DNA from: Eledone cirrhosa
Lineage: Eukaryota
Assembly: GCA_964016885.1 (NCBI GenBank)
Contig: OZ024750.1
Location: 29,512,001 to 29,576,000, forward strand
Direction of reading: 5' to 3'
DNA length: 64,000 nucleotides
Positions 50,682-64,000 of this stretch are shown piece after piece. How positions within the stretch are numbered: position 1 is the stretch's first letter; the number at the start of each line of letters is the position of its first letter. The translations under genes and the position numbers were made by a program. Below the pieces are notes generated by a model. It was not told where the DNA came from and searched no databases. It was given only the letters and a program-made list of their open reading frames with translations.

Positions 50682-51329
50682 ACAACAACAACAACAACAA
50701 CAACAGCAACAACAACAATAAATATACAATAACAACCATAAATATAATATCAACAATAATAATTACAACAACAGCAATTACAACAACAATAATAAATACA
50801 ACAACAGCAATTACAACAACAATAATAAATACAACAGCAATTACAACAACAATAATACAACAACAGCAATTACAACAACAATAATAAATACAACAACAGC
50901 AATTACAACAACAATAATAAATACAACAACAGCAATTACAACAACAATAATAAATACAACAACAGCAATTACAACAACAATAATAAATACAACAACAGCA
51001 ATTACAACAACAATAATAAATACAACAACAGCAATTACAACAACAATAATAAATACAACAGCAATTACAACAACAATAATAAATACAACAACAGCAATTA
51101 CAACAACAATAATAAATACAACAACAGCAATTACAACAACAATAATAAATACAACAACATCAATTACAACAACAATAATAAATACAACAACAGCAATTAC
51201 AACAACAATAATAAATATAACAGCAGCAATTACAACAACAATAATAAATACAACAACAGCAATTACAACAACAATAATAAATACAACAGCAATTACAACA
51301 ACAATAATAAATACAACGAACAACAACAA
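50682..51329. repeat. 33/30-bp AAC-based minisatellite
   Basis: ACAACAGCAATTACAACAACAATAATAAATACA. Confidence 0.95.
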
Positions 51330-51615
51330 AGATTTGCACCTAGAAAGTTTGCCTCTGAGGCACAAGTCCCCGCACGGTTGTTTGTGGAAGACCAGCAGTT
51401 ACCCATGGATACCAGTCTTCCCTCTCCACGCCACCGATGTTGTACAAGGATAAAAAGCAAAGGCTGATACAGCTTGGCACCAGTGATGTTGAAACTCATT
51501 TCTACAGCTGAGTGAACTGGAGCAACGTGAGCAACACATTGTCCAGTCCGAGAATCGAACTCACAACCTCATAACTGTGAAACTAACTCTCTACCTACTA
51601 AGCCGTTCACCTTCA
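51330..51615 (-). mobile_element. tRNA-CORE SINE variant with (TTG)n tail
   Basis: Reverse strand GGCTTAGTAGG (A box), GAGTTCGATTCT (B box), GTTGCTCCAGTTCACTCAGCTGTAGAAATGAG as in the 39601 copy, then a different body. Confidence 0.75.
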
Positions 51616-51633
51616 TATATACAACTACAATAT

Positions 51634-52265
51634 TAATAATTGTTTCTACTTTAGGCACAAGGCCAGCAATTTGGGGGGAGGGGGCAGTCGATTAAATCGA
51701 CCCTCAGGACATTACTGGTACTTTATTCTATCAACCCTGTAAGGATGAAAGGCAAAGTTAACCTCGGCGGGATTTGAAGGGCGATAACTCTCTGTTGCTA
51801 AGCATGTTGTCCGACGCTCTGCCATTTCTGCCAATCCCCCGCAACAATATTAATAATAATAATAATGATTTCTAGTATAGGCACAAGGCCAGTAATTTGG
51901 GGTGGGGGGGAAGTCGATTAAATGGACCCTAGTACGTTGCTGGTACTTTATTTTATTGACCCCGTAAAGATGAAAAGCAAGAGAGGTTGCCCGGTACTCC
52001 TCTCGATGTCTGCTGTCTTGCTCTGGTGTTGGCTCGGTTGTTCACCCCTTCCTTTACATTTTCTTTAATATTGTAACATTTAAAGGAATATATCTTTCTG
52101 AAAGAATCGTGAACAATTTATAATGTTATCTAAGCATGTGTAATGTTATTTATGTATATATTTAAAACATATTTGTTATGTTATTCTACTGTAAATTTAT
52201 TTATATGCTCTGTATAATAAACATTTGAGAAAAGTTAACCTCGGCGGGATTAGAACTCTGAATGA
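51634..52265 (-). mobile_element. Two SINE family 1 copies, the second split by a ~250-bp insert (about 51981-52228)
   Basis: GATGAAAAGCAAG|insert|AAAGTTAACCTCGGCGGGATT. Confidence 0.75.
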
Positions 52266-52808
52266 AAAGGGACCGTACCAATTAAATCTACATTTCTTTG
52301 ATATTTCCTCTTCTCTTTTTCATGTTCAGCAAATTCAGTTTGTTTTATTATTGGGTTTTGAGAAGCCCCGCCAAAATAACACAAAAAAAACAAATAAGAA
52401 ATAAAAATGAAAAATGCCGTTAATCGTTTCAATTCTCTTTTATTAATATTTGACATAGTTGGGTAATAACTGTGTTTTATTCATGCTAATAACGAATATA
52501 ATAAATATATATGGTGGATAAAAAAAACTTTTGATAGTAATATCTTCACACCGAATGATTTATCACTTTTAAGCAGCTTTCAATATAATATTTCTAAATA
52601 AATGTAAATACTTTCGCTTTTTCCCTTTGGAAATTCCCTAAGTTTCACTTTCATAGAGACATGGTAATTTCGAAAAAAAAATTCTCGAATTTTCTCTTTC
52701 AGGGGGCAATGGAACAATGGAAGCGATGCAGCGTTTTTTTGTTTGTTTGTTTGTTTTTTAAATTAAATTTGTTGTTGTTGCTAGCTTCGTAAACCAAACC
52801 AAACCAAA

Positions 52809-52859
<51 letters not shown>

Positions 52860-53015
52860 TAGGGAGATTGTGGTGGGGAAAAGTCCTCATACACTCCTTC
52901 CAGTGGGTCCTGTCAGAAGCAACAGACTCTAATTGACTCAGCTGGATCTCCAAAAGCGAGACCTGCAGAGTTCATGGATCACACACACATATATATATAT
53001 ATACAGTTATATGCA

Positions 53016-53056
<41 letters not shown>

Positions 53057-53796
53057 CGTGGGCGTGTCTCTTTCCTCGCTGCTAACATCACTGAAAGCTA
53101 TAAACATGAATGAGAAAGGAGAAAAATGAATAAATAAAAATAACCGGTGTCATTTGTTCTCCAGTTTCTCTTTCCTCTCTCTATCATTAAAAAGGGACCT
53201 TTTTAAAACAACGAAAGGAAACGAAACGAAAATAAAAAAACAGCGACGACGCTATTGTTCACAATTTGTAATAAATAATATAGTAATAAATATCATCCTA
53301 AATAAAAATTGTTTCTGCTTTTGGCACAAGTCCAGCAATTACCTCAGTGTATTACTGGTGCTTTATTTTATTGACCCCGTAAGGATGAAAGGCAAAATTA
53401 ACCTAAATAATAATGATTTCTTTATAATCCCTCTTTGATGACAAAATATTTTTAAAAAACCTAACCTAGCAGACGACAAGGGCAGATAACTGTTGCATGC
53501 TTTATTTATTGATCAGTTGCATGTATTAGTCCGTCTCTTGTCCAGCTTGCTACCAAGTCGTCATTATTTCATCTCCCGCATTGCTGCTACTTGTATATTT
53601 TCTATCGAATTATACTTTTTTTTTCTTCTATTCTTTTCGCTTTATCTGAAACTCACGAATCCGGCATCATCGAAATACTCTCAGGTTTGTTGTTTATCTT
53701 CTTTACTTTTCTAACTAACCAACTATCTACGTCGTTCATACAAATACAAACACATTGTTTAAAAAGAAAGGTATTTTCGTGTGCATGGAGTAGTGT

Positions 53797-53839
<43 letters not shown>

Positions 53840-53882
53840 GCGTGTGTGTGCGCGCTCGCGTTGCGTGGTGTGTACGAATACG

Positions 53883-53914
<32 letters not shown>

Positions 53915-54267
53915 CGAGCGTTCATATACATATATGTGATGGCCTTTGTCATTTGTTATAGACGATTCGAGCAGAGAAACCTTACAACTTTTCGCAGCTA
54001 ACTCTGGCTTCTAACCCTTCTAATGTTGGTAGCAGATGTACTTTCACATACACACACACAAACCGAAACAAACATATACGCACACACACACACACAAACC
54101 GAAACAAACATGTACGCACACACACACACATATACAAACACAAACCCATATATACGTACACACACAAGTATCCTGTACAATTTCTAGATATACTCCAAAT
54201 TTTCTTTATATTTTATATCTGCTGCGTTATTTTTCTACTAATTTCTTCAAGTTCCACATCGTGTGTG

Positions 54268-54299
<32 letters not shown>

Positions 54300-54668
54300 A
54301 TATACCGATTGTTTATGCACTGAAGTCTGGTTGCGATTTTGTATTCAGCCCAATCCTAAAGCCATATAATCGGTTCGTTTAACATTCGCTTTTACCTTTT
54401 ACATATATATATATATATATATATTTTCAAGAATAGCTCACTGCAAAATTTCTTCGCTTCTGAAAAAAAAAAATCTATAAATAAACACTTTACGAAAAAT
54501 ATTCCTTCATTTCGAGATGTGTGTGTATACAGGTTCATTCATTTGTCTGTAACTGTATGCTCGTGTCTGTATACAGCGTGAACCTAATATAACTGTAAAA
54601 TTGCCTCCTGTGTTTTGTTTGTTTCATCTATCTCTCTCTATATATATATATTTTCCATCGGTTTACTT

Positions 54669-54715
<47 letters not shown>

Positions 54716-54915
54716 AGAAAAACCACAGACCCTCCATCTCAACTCTACTTTTGAAAAGCAGAAGAACTGCGAAACCGGTAAAGGAACCAAATAAATATAT
54801 ATATTTTTAAAAAAATAAGACTCCAGTTGCATTTTCGATTTCATCTTTTTTTCTTTACACTTTCACTCGTGTAGGACACCTCGGTTATTTTTCATTTTGT
54901 AAAAAAAAACCTCAC

Positions 54916-54953
<38 letters not shown>

Positions 54954-55139
54954 CGAGAAATATATTGGGGAGGATATATATATATATATATATATATCAA
55001 CTAGAAATTGATTGACATATATATATATTTAAAATAAACACATGAAACAATCACAGGGGATAATTTGTAAAGTAGGTAACTAATTAAAGTTTAACTAGAG
55101 CTTCAAATAATTACAGACATACGTATGTGCATGCATGTA

Positions 55140-55361
55140 TTTTGAGACGATCGACTTTCGTCAAATCGGACCGAGGGAACAATGTTTCCGTTGGTCTTTC
55201 CAATTGCTAATACTATCTATCGGTCGCAACTCCAGGTAGAAGGAGCAACGTGAAATAAAGTGTCTTGCTCAAGGACATAACGCATCACCTGGTCCAGGAA
55301 TCGAACTCACAACCTTACGGTTGCGAATCCAATTCTCTAACCACTCAGCCACACGCCTCCA
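55140..55361 (-). mobile_element. tRNA-CORE SINE variant (second copy at 63870-64000)
   Basis: Reverse strand TGGCTGAGTGG, GAGTTCGATTCC, GTGTCCTTGAGCAAGACACTTTATTTCACGTTGC. Confidence 0.85.
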
Positions 55362-55366
55362 ATGCA

Positions 55367-55415
<49 letters not shown>

Positions 55416-55775
55416 GTATGTGTGTAAACAGTGTGAAGACAAACAACTTCTGTGGTCAACAACCAGGGCTACCAAATTCCCACCATAAACAAATAATAAA
55501 CAAGTTAGTTGAAATTATGAAACTGTTTTTATTTATTTTGGTTCCGCTATTTGCCCTTCAAAAGCCCCGCCTTGTTCAGAATTTAATCCTTCCGTTTACC
55601 TTTATGTAAGTAAAACTGAAAAAATCTCTCGTGCTGTAATACATGCCTAATTGATTTAATTGGATCACGTTGAAGAAATGTTCATGTTTCTTTGACAGTA
55701 AATTTCATTTGAAGAAGAATGAAAATATCTCGCCCTGTTCATAGTTTCATTTCATATAATGTGTTAGGTTAAGTA

Positions 55776-55940
55776 CCATATTTCCCGGCGCCGAAGACGC
55801 TTCGTCCTCGAGGACACACCCTTATTTTGACAACCAAAAATTTGAAAAAAAAAAAATAATAAACAACCTCCAGGACGCATGGTAGATTTTTGAGACTTAT
55901 TTTAAGGGGAAAATAGCGTCTTGGACGCCTGGAAATACGG
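55776..55940. mobile_element. Tc1/mariner-type MITE
   Basis: TA|CCATATTTCCCGGCGCCGAAGACGC ... GCGTCTTGGACGCCTGGAAATACGG|TA. Confidence 0.8.
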
Positions 55941-56098
55941 TACGTTAGAGTTACAGTTTGTTAGGGTTAGGGGGTCCTTAGAATTAGATTTTGTTAGGGT
56001 TAGGTTTCGTTAGGATTAGGAGTTGTTAGAATTAGATTTTGTTAGGTTTCGTTAGGATTAGGAATTGTTAGAATTAAATTTTGTTAGAGTTTGTTAGG

Positions 56099-56219
56099 CA
56101 GTGACGTATTTATAGAGGGGCGTCTGCAACTCCAGAAAAAATTGTCGAAAAATTTAGTCATTTTTGTCGAAATATGAACGTCTGCATCCTAAAAAAATTA
56201 TAGGAGCAATACGCTTATA
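56099..56219. mobile_element. hAT-like MITE with 8-bp TSD
   Basis: TTGTTAGG|CAGTGACGTATT...AATACGCTTATA|TTGTTAGG. Confidence 0.65.
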
Positions 56220-56957
56220 TTGTTAGGGTTAGGTGTCGTTAGAGTTAGGGTTCTCTCATCGGCACTGTGTATATGAACGAGCGGAGCATACGAAATGAAA
56301 CAGGTAAATCAAACGAGATATATTCATTTTTTTTCTTTTTTTCGAAATTTCTATAGATTCGGTGTTCAATAAACAGCTTAATGCTGAAAAAGCAATATTT
56401 ATTGGATCAAAGTAACATTTAACTGCGGTCTCTTCACATATTTAATTGATATCTTTTTTTCATATCACAATTTACGAACCGTAGACGTTATTAGAGAGGT
56501 TTCCAGCGAGCTAATAACTGGTTCATTGTATTTCTGTCAGAGCGACACGGCAATAGAATAGGCCTCGGCTGGTTGCGACGATGAATGGTTTAATCGTTCA
56601 ATCAATTGTACAGCCTGCTTATGAAATTAGAGAGCAGATGTCTGAACATTCCACAGACACGTGCACCCTTAACGTAGTCCTCGGGGAGATGCAGCTGATG
56701 AAATACCCCACGAAACTTCTTTCATTAAGTACCGGTTTTTTCCCTCTTGTTGATGTTTATTTTCTTTATCGATATATATATTGGCGAAATACATACACCA
56801 CACTCACATATAAATACACACGCACTCACATAAATACATATAAATACATACACACTCATACATAAATACATATACATATAAACACACACACGCAGACATA
56901 AATGCAAACACACACATAAATACAAACACGCATACGTGCACACACAGACATAAACAC

Positions 56958-57120
56958 AGTATCGGTAGAGCGTCGGACGCCATACTTTGCAGCATAGTTA
57001 TGGCCTTTACGTTCTGAGTTCAAATCCCGCCGACGTTAACTTTACCTTTCATCCTTACGGGGTTGATAAAATAAAGCACCAGTAATACGCTGGGGTTAAT
57101 TGCTGGCCTTGTGCCAAAAA
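56958..57120 (+). mobile_element. SINE family 1
   Basis: B box GAGTTCAAATCC and family body. Confidence 0.85.
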
Positions 57121-57149
57121 TAAAAATAATTATTGGTTTTATCTGGAGG

Positions 57150-57332
57150 GAATGGGACATGCCCGTGAACTTCGCTAACCTCCCTTGACTGGTGAGATGG
57201 ATGTTTCTAGTCGTCAGTTGCAGTGGAAATATAGGGAAGGAGGTAACTACTGAGAGCTGACGTTGTACGAAGGAGAATGTGTAGTGGTTAGTGACTTGGA
57301 TTGTAGACAATGTGGGTCGTAAGGAGAGAAGG
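57150..57332 (-). pseudogene. Possible CR1/L2-type LINE 3' relic
   Basis: TNHYTFSF followed, after a frameshift, by RTTSAL..YLLPYI, weakly like the SF.PRT...WNSLP motif. Confidence 0.3.
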
Positions 57333-57333
57333 T

Positions 57334-57650
57334 GAGATGGGTGTATCAGGACTGCCAGTGTATCAGGAAGGGGAGAGATGGGTGTATCAGGACTGCCAGT
57401 GTATCAGGAAGGGGAGAGATGGGTGTATCAGGACTGCCAGTGTATCAGGAAGGGGAGAGATGGGTGTATCAGGACTGCCAGTGTATCAGGAAGGGGAGAG
57501 ATGGGTGTATCAGGACTGCCAGTGTATCAGGAAGGGGAGAGATGGGTGTATCAGGACTGCCAGTGTATCAGGAAGGGGAGAGATGGGTGTATCAGGACTG
57601 CCAGTGTATCAGGAAGGAGAGAGATTGGTGTTGTCAGGACTACCAGTGTG
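57334..57650. repeat. 41-bp minisatellite, about 7 copies
   Basis: GAGATGGGTGTATCAGGACTGCCAGTGTATCAGGAAGGGGA. Confidence 0.95.
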
Positions 57651-57659
57651 ATATGGGTA

Positions 57660-58570
57660 TATCTGGAGGGTCCTATCAGAAACAACCATTAAACCATCCC
57701 TAGAAGATCACTAAATAATCTGGCTGGAAAACCAAGTAAGACTATCCAATATTATGGATGTTATCCAATCATCTTGCTCATGGTATACCTCTGTCTCTCA
57801 TGCCAGTTGGTTTTGTCCATAAAATCTGTCCTGCAATTCATCCCTTAGACATTCTAACCACATGCCTGTCACACCAGAGCTGTGATCTCTGACCTATGCA
57901 CTCTATTGAGCAGCATTACTCTAGAGACCCTCCTGAGGAACCCTGTTTTGGCTGTGTGTATTCAAGATTATATTTTTTGCATCATACTTAAAATTCATGA
58001 CCACAGGTAAAGGAAGGCACAATTGACAAGTTAAAAATAGCATGTTTGGCTTTTATACCAACCTTCTTCCAATTATTGAAAGCTGAAGCTGCTGCATTAT
58101 TGCAATTCTTGTATTTAATTTATCTCTTGCCTTCTATCACTTGTAAAAACAGCCCCAAGATATTTGAACTTCTCTACTTGCTTCAGTGGAGCTCTACTCA
58201 TATGCAGAGTGCACTGTACAGGCTTCCTTGAAAGGACAATTGTCTCAGTCTCCACGGCACTCATTTTCATTCCTGCCTTGCAGTAATCAGCAGCAAACCT
58301 ATCCAGTATTTGAGGGTCGGCTGAAGAATTCATAGGCTGACCAAGATACTCTCATGGAATGACCAAATGAGGTTTATTTTTCAACTTAGTCCCTGGAAAG
58401 AAACAATGCAGTTATTAATAAGAAGAGTTGAAATTAATGCATGCAAGATTCCACAGCTCTTACATCACTCCTTCATAGTCAGCCTATGAATTTTTCAACC
58501 CACGCTTGTAAAAGATCACCTTCTAGCAAGTGAAGTAGCATCATGTCATCTGCAAATATCAGCAACTGAT
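57660..58570 (-). pseudogene. Decayed RTE LINE including the RT catalytic motif, split by a mariner MITE
   Basis: QLLIFADDMML...|MITE|ILDRFAADY.KAGMKMS..ETETIVL...LKQVEKFKYLG. Confidence 0.85.
58311..58508. mobile_element. Mariner-like MITE
   Basis: GAGGGTCGGCTGAAGAATTCATAGGCTGAC / GTCAGCCTATGAATTTTTCAACCCACGCTTG inverted termini next to TA. Confidence 0.75.
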
Positions 58571-58682
58571 CCTACGTCAGTTAGTTTTGGTACCAAACAC
58601 AAATCTTACAAGTAAATTAATAACATTTTTATATCACATACACACATACAGGTTCAATAAAGTCTTTACCACACACACACCC

Positions 58683-58716
<34 letters not shown>

Positions 58717-59082
58717 GCACACACACTGGTTCATGAGACTTTACCACACACACATACACACAGGTTCAATAAATACTTTATCACACACACAGGTTCAATA
58801 AATACTTTACCACATACACACACATTATTATCATCATCATCACCATCATTTTATGTCTGCTTAGGTTGTACAAGTTGTCATAGACTGAGGGTAAACAGGT
58901 CAGTGACCTAACCTTGCTCATACATTTCATTTTTAGCATGGTTTCTGTGGATGGATGCTTTTCCCAATGCCAACCACCTTACTGGTTGTACTGGGTGTAT
59001 TTTATCGGGACACTAACGCTAACACTTTACAGAGTGTACTGGATGCATGCTATTGCAGCAATAACATTTGAAAGGGTATACT

Positions 59083-59357
59083 CAGAGGCATAACTAGGGT
59101 ATGGCAAGCGTGGTACGTGCCATGGGCGTCACATGAATTAGGAACACGTTCTATTAAAGTCAAATAAGCTTCGTCGGAGAGTGAAAAAAGAAACTCCTTC
59201 AGATGTATGATCTGTCTCTATCATGGGTGAGAACACTATGGTGGCTGGATCATTAAACTATTTATATAAATTAAACTCATAGGTAAAAATACAGTGTTGG
59301 GAAGGGGCGTAATTTCACTGCTTGCCATAGGCGCTATTTTCCCTAAATATGCCTCTG
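59083..59357. mobile_element. hAT-like MITE
   Basis: TIR CAGAGGCATA/TATGCCTCTG; flanks GGTATACT/AATATACT (degenerate 8-bp TSD). Confidence 0.8.
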
Positions 59358-60053
59358 AATATACTGTACATTGACACTTCTAGATTATCATCATCGTCAT
59401 CGATTAACGTCTATCTTCCACGCTAGCATGGGTTAGACGGGTTTGTCCCATTTAGAGGCTAGTTGGGTCGGGTGACTGTGTCTCGCTCTTATAGGAGAGT
59501 TTCTGGCTGGTTTTCTACAGTTGGATACCCTTCCTTACGTCACCACATTGTCAGTGCCTTTAAAAAAAACATTGATACCCAAAAGATAAATTGATATTGA
59601 TAATTAATAATTGATGTGCGAAGAACGTACCTTAGAAAATGTTGGTGATACAAAATCTAATTATATTGCTCTCCACAAATATTGTTACTGTTGTTATTGA
59701 TTATCAGAGCTACTTATTAATGTGCATCTGTCTTGTCATTTGCAGCAACAACAACAGCTACAACAAAACCCAGTCATTAAAGAAATGACTAGCTGACAGA
59801 CACCTGTTTATTATTGTTGTTGTTATTGTTGTTGTGTTTATTTTCTTAATCTCTTCTTAAACCTGAACATTGCAGTGGCTTTGTTGAAGAACATGTGAGA
59901 AGATAACTAAATTATCTCTTCTCCATTATCCCTCCATTCTTGACATTAAAAATTTCAGAATATTTATTTCAACATTCATTGTTCAAAAAGGTTTATTAAT
60001 CAAGTTATTTCCAGTTTTCATTTTTTCGTTTCAAAGTATCATCTTATCTTTAA

Positions 60054-60273
60054 CCCTTTAGCATTCACATTACTCTATAAATACTATCATATGTTCATAG
60101 TAAAGACTTTATCTCACATAATTATTTCACATAATATTGAATCTATGAGATGTTAGTATTATTTATTTTGAGAACAATGCTTTAACATCAGTATGAGCAG
60201 CCGGTTATGGCGGTTTGAACATAAAGAGGTGAGAGAATTCTGGCCGGTTACAGCTGGTTTAAGTGCTGTAGGG
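60054..60273. mobile_element. piggyBac-like MITE P1
   Basis: TTAA|CCCTTTAGCA...TGCTGTAGGG|TTAA. Confidence 0.85.
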
Positions 60274-60277
60274 TTAA

Positions 60278-62152
60278 TAAACATTACTTATTACACTATC
60301 CCTACTTACCCCCACCCCATTAATATTACTTATTACACTATACCTACTTACTCCCACTCACCCCATTAATACTACTTATTACACTATACCTACTTACCCC
60401 CACCCCATTAATACTACTTATTACACTATACCTACTTACCCCCACCCCATTAATATTACTTATTACACTATACCTACTTACCCCCACTCACCCCATTAAT
60501 ACTACTTATTACACTATACCTACTTACACCCACCCCATTAATATTACTTATTACACTATACCTACTTACCCCCCCTCACACCATTAATATTACTTATTAC
60601 ACTATACCTACTTACCCTCACTCACACCATTAATATTACTTATTACACTATACCTACTTACCCCCACTCACCCCATTAATACTACTTATTACACTATACC
60701 TACTTACCCCCACCCCATTAATACTACTTATTACACTATACCTACTTACCCCCACCCCATTAATACTACTTATTACACTATACCTACTTACCCCCACCCC
60801 ATTAATATTACTTATTACACTATACCTACTTAACCCACCCCATTAATATTACTTATTACACTATACCTACTTACACCCACCACATTAATATTACTTATTA
60901 CACTATACCTACTTACACCCACCACATTAATATTACTTATTACACTATACCTACTTACCCTCACTCACACCATTAATATTACTTATTACACTATACCTAC
61001 TTACCTCCACCCCATTAATATTACTTATTACACTATACCTACTTACCCTCACTCACACCATTAATATTACTTATTACACTATACCTACTTACCCTCACTC
61101 ACACCATTAATATTACTTATTACACTATACCTACTTACCTCCACCCCATTAATATTACTTATTACACTATACCTACTTACCCTCACTCACACCATTAATA
61201 TTACTTATTACACTATACCTACTTACCCTCACTCACACCATTAATATTACTTATTACACTATACCTACTTACCTCCACCCCATTAATATTACTTATTACA
61301 CTATACCTACTTACCCTCACTCACACCATTAATATTACTTATTACACTATACCTACTTACCCTCACTCACACCATTAATATTACTTATTACACTATACCT
61401 ACTTACCTCCACCCCATTAATATTACTTATTACACTATACCTACTTACCCTCACTCACACCATTAATATTACTTATTACACTATACCTACTTACCCTCAC
61501 TCACCCCATTAATATTATTACACTATACCTACTTACCCTCACTCACCCCATTAATATTACTTATTACACTATACCTACTTACCCTCACTCACCCCATTAA
61601 TATTACTTATTACACTATACCTACTTACCCTCACTCACCCCATTAATATTACTTATTACACTATACCTACTTACCCTCACTCACACCATTACTATTACTT
61701 ATTACACTATACCTACTTACACCCACCCCATTAATATTACTTATTACACTATACCTACTTACCCCCACTCACACCATTAATATTACTTATTACACTATAC
61801 CTACTTACACCTACCCCATTAATATTACTTATTACACTATACCTACTTACCCTCACTCACCCCATTATTATTACTTATTACACTATACCTACTTACACCC
61901 ACCCCATTAATATTACTTATTACACTATACCTACTTACCCCCACCCCATTAATATTACTTATTACACTATACCTACTTACCCTCACTCACCCCATTAATA
62001 TTACTTATTACACTATACCTACTTACCCTCACTCACCCCATTAATATTACTTATTACACTATACCTACTTACACCCACCCCATTAATATTACTTATTACA
62101 CTATACCTACTTACCCCCACACCATTAATATTACTTATTACACTATACCAAC
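60278..62152. repeat. 42/46-bp minisatellite, about 42 copies
   Basis: ATTACTTATTACACTATACCTACTTACCC(TCACT)CAC(C/A)CCATTAAT. Confidence 0.97.
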
Positions 62153-62879
62153 TTATATATACTATTGTATTTTCGTGGTAAAAGCTTTACCTCACATAAT
62201 ATCAAATCTATAATATTTTGATATTATTTATTTAAAAAAAAAGTAGAAACATTTATTTATTTTGAGAACAATACCTTAACATCAGTATGAGCGGCCAGTT
62301 ACAGCCGGTTTGAACAGAAAGAGGTGAGAGAATTCTGGCTGGATGTGGCCGGTTTAAATGCTAAAGTGTTAAATATGGGAAGACATACGATAAAGTCGAC
62401 CGAGATATAATATACAATGGCTGAATAAAAAAGTGTGTTAGTCACGGCTGAAGTACATTTGATCATAATCCTTGTGTATCCTGTTTAATGTGGGTCAAAC
62501 ACAACCTTTACCCCCTGTACTGACTTATCCCCACCCCCTCCCTATCCAACACCTTTACCTGGTATCATGGTAACATACCTTTACATTTTGACTCTTTAAC
62601 ACCCTGTGATAATTCAGCAAAAGATTATCTTTTGACAGGTTTATTAATTCAAATGTTTGTGGTACCTTTACTAGTAGACATCGTCCTCATCACTGGTTTA
62701 ACGGCCATTTTTCTACTCTAGCATGGATTTGACAAGTTGTCCCATTGTGAGAAAAGTCAGATCAGATGACCGTGTCTTGCTTATACAGAACTATTTCTCG
62801 TTTGGTTTCTACTGTTGCATGTCCTTCTTAATGCCAATCACATTTACAGTATGGACATATTATTGGAAAATGTATATTA

Positions 62880-63165
62880 GTCTTCTTCTTCTACTTTGCC
62901 TTCTTCTTTTTTTTCTTTTCTTTTTCTTTTTTTTCTTTTCTTTTTCTTTTTTCTTTTTCTTTTTCTTTTTCTTTTACTTCTTTTTCTTCTTTTTCTCCTA
63001 TATCTCCTTATTCTTCTTTTTCTTTGCCTTTTTTTCTTTCTTTTTTTCTTTTCTTTTTCTTCTTTGCCTTTTTTTCTTTTCTTCTTCTTTGCCTTTTTTC
63101 TTTATCTTCTTTTTTCTTTTTCTTCTTTGCCTTTTTTTCTTTTCTTCTTCTTCTTTGCCTTCTTC
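62880..63165. repeat. Degenerate CTT/T-rich tract continuous with an RTE tail
   Basis: TTCTTTTTC/TTTGCC subunits running directly into the RTE 3' end at 63160. Confidence 0.9.
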
Positions 63166-64000
63166 CTCCCACTTATTCCTGAGAGGGTCACGGGGGCAGC
63201 ATCCTCAAACACCCTTTCCAGTGTGTCCTGTCAGAAGCAACCATATCCAAGCAAGACTAGTCGGATTAGAGTAAAGATGTTAATTTTTTATGTGATGCAG
63301 TCATCATAATGCTGTTTATAGTAGTTTTCAAAATGTCTTTTTGCTAATACGGTTTCATACAGTACAGGACATTAAGCGTTAATCTGGACTGCAGTTATAC
63401 TGTCAGCTGTGTCAATATATTTATTGTAGTGGCTCTTTAGTTTGTCTAAACATCTGCAGTCACTATGTGTATTGTTTATTACGATAATTAGATTCGACAG
63501 ACACATACCATGCTAGCGTGGAGGATGGACGTTAAACGATGATGATGATGATGTCTTTTTTTTTTTTTTTTTTTCTTTTATACAGCAAACTTCTGAAATA
63601 ACAGAAAACCTAAGCTAAAAATACTTTTCAAGATTGTACTAAACACATTTCGTATAAACACTTCTGTAAAATTATATTATTGATTGAATTTTAACTTTTT
63701 TTTTTTTGATTTTTCAAATTTTTGTTAAAGTCTAGGTTACTACCTGTACATTCAGTAGCTAATATAATATTTAACCCTTTCATAACCATATTTCTAATGA
63801 AAAATACATTGTATTTTAATTATTGTTTTTTTTTTATGTTTTTTTTATCAATCGACAAGATCCCAGACCTCATTTGCTTAACAAGTGGGTTGGAGCACAT
63901 CCAATTGGACCGAAGAAACAATGTTTCCATTGGTCTTTCCAAATTGCTAATACTATTTGCCGATTGCAAATCCAAGCAGAAGGTGCAACGTGAAATAAAG

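Larger units (their letters stand above)
55718..56327. mobile_element. Element with imperfect inverted termini and a degenerate TTAGGG/TTAGG interior
   Basis: AATGAAAATATCTCG..GTTTCATTTC versus GAAATGAAAC..CGAGATATATTCATT. Confidence 0.5.

Noticed and set aside
50841-51365. Hydrophobic membrane-protein ORF (VVVFIIVVVIA)n
   Set aside because: Translation of the 33-bp minisatellite
55960-56250. True telomere or chromosome fusion site
   Set aside because: Short, degenerate, single orientation and bounded by element-like inverted ends
62723-63309. Phe-rich ORFs
   Set aside because: A pyrimidine tract flanked by SINE and RTE remnants

Overview
This is AT-rich, repeat-saturated animal DNA with no supportable host protein-coding exon. 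tRNA-headed CORE-type SINEs, dense (TA)n/(CA)n/(GATA)n tracts, RTE LINE relics and TTAGGG-like motifs suggest a mollusc, probably an octopus (inference). Almost all long ORFs in the track are tandem-repeat artefacts. The real coding remnants are retroelement fragments: RTE, Tx1/L1, CRE-like and a Penelope-type GIY-YIG endonuclease. The most interesting signal is a set of short fold-back elements embedded in (TA)n tracts. They carry type I hammerhead ribozyme cores or half-cores with covarying stems, and a decayed Penelope-like endonuclease ORF lies in the same window. Also present are a (TATC)n-targeted Tx1 element with a 21-bp TSD and a structured 3' UTR, and a 6.3-kb satellite built of dyads. 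Coordinates were read by eye and may be off by a few bases.
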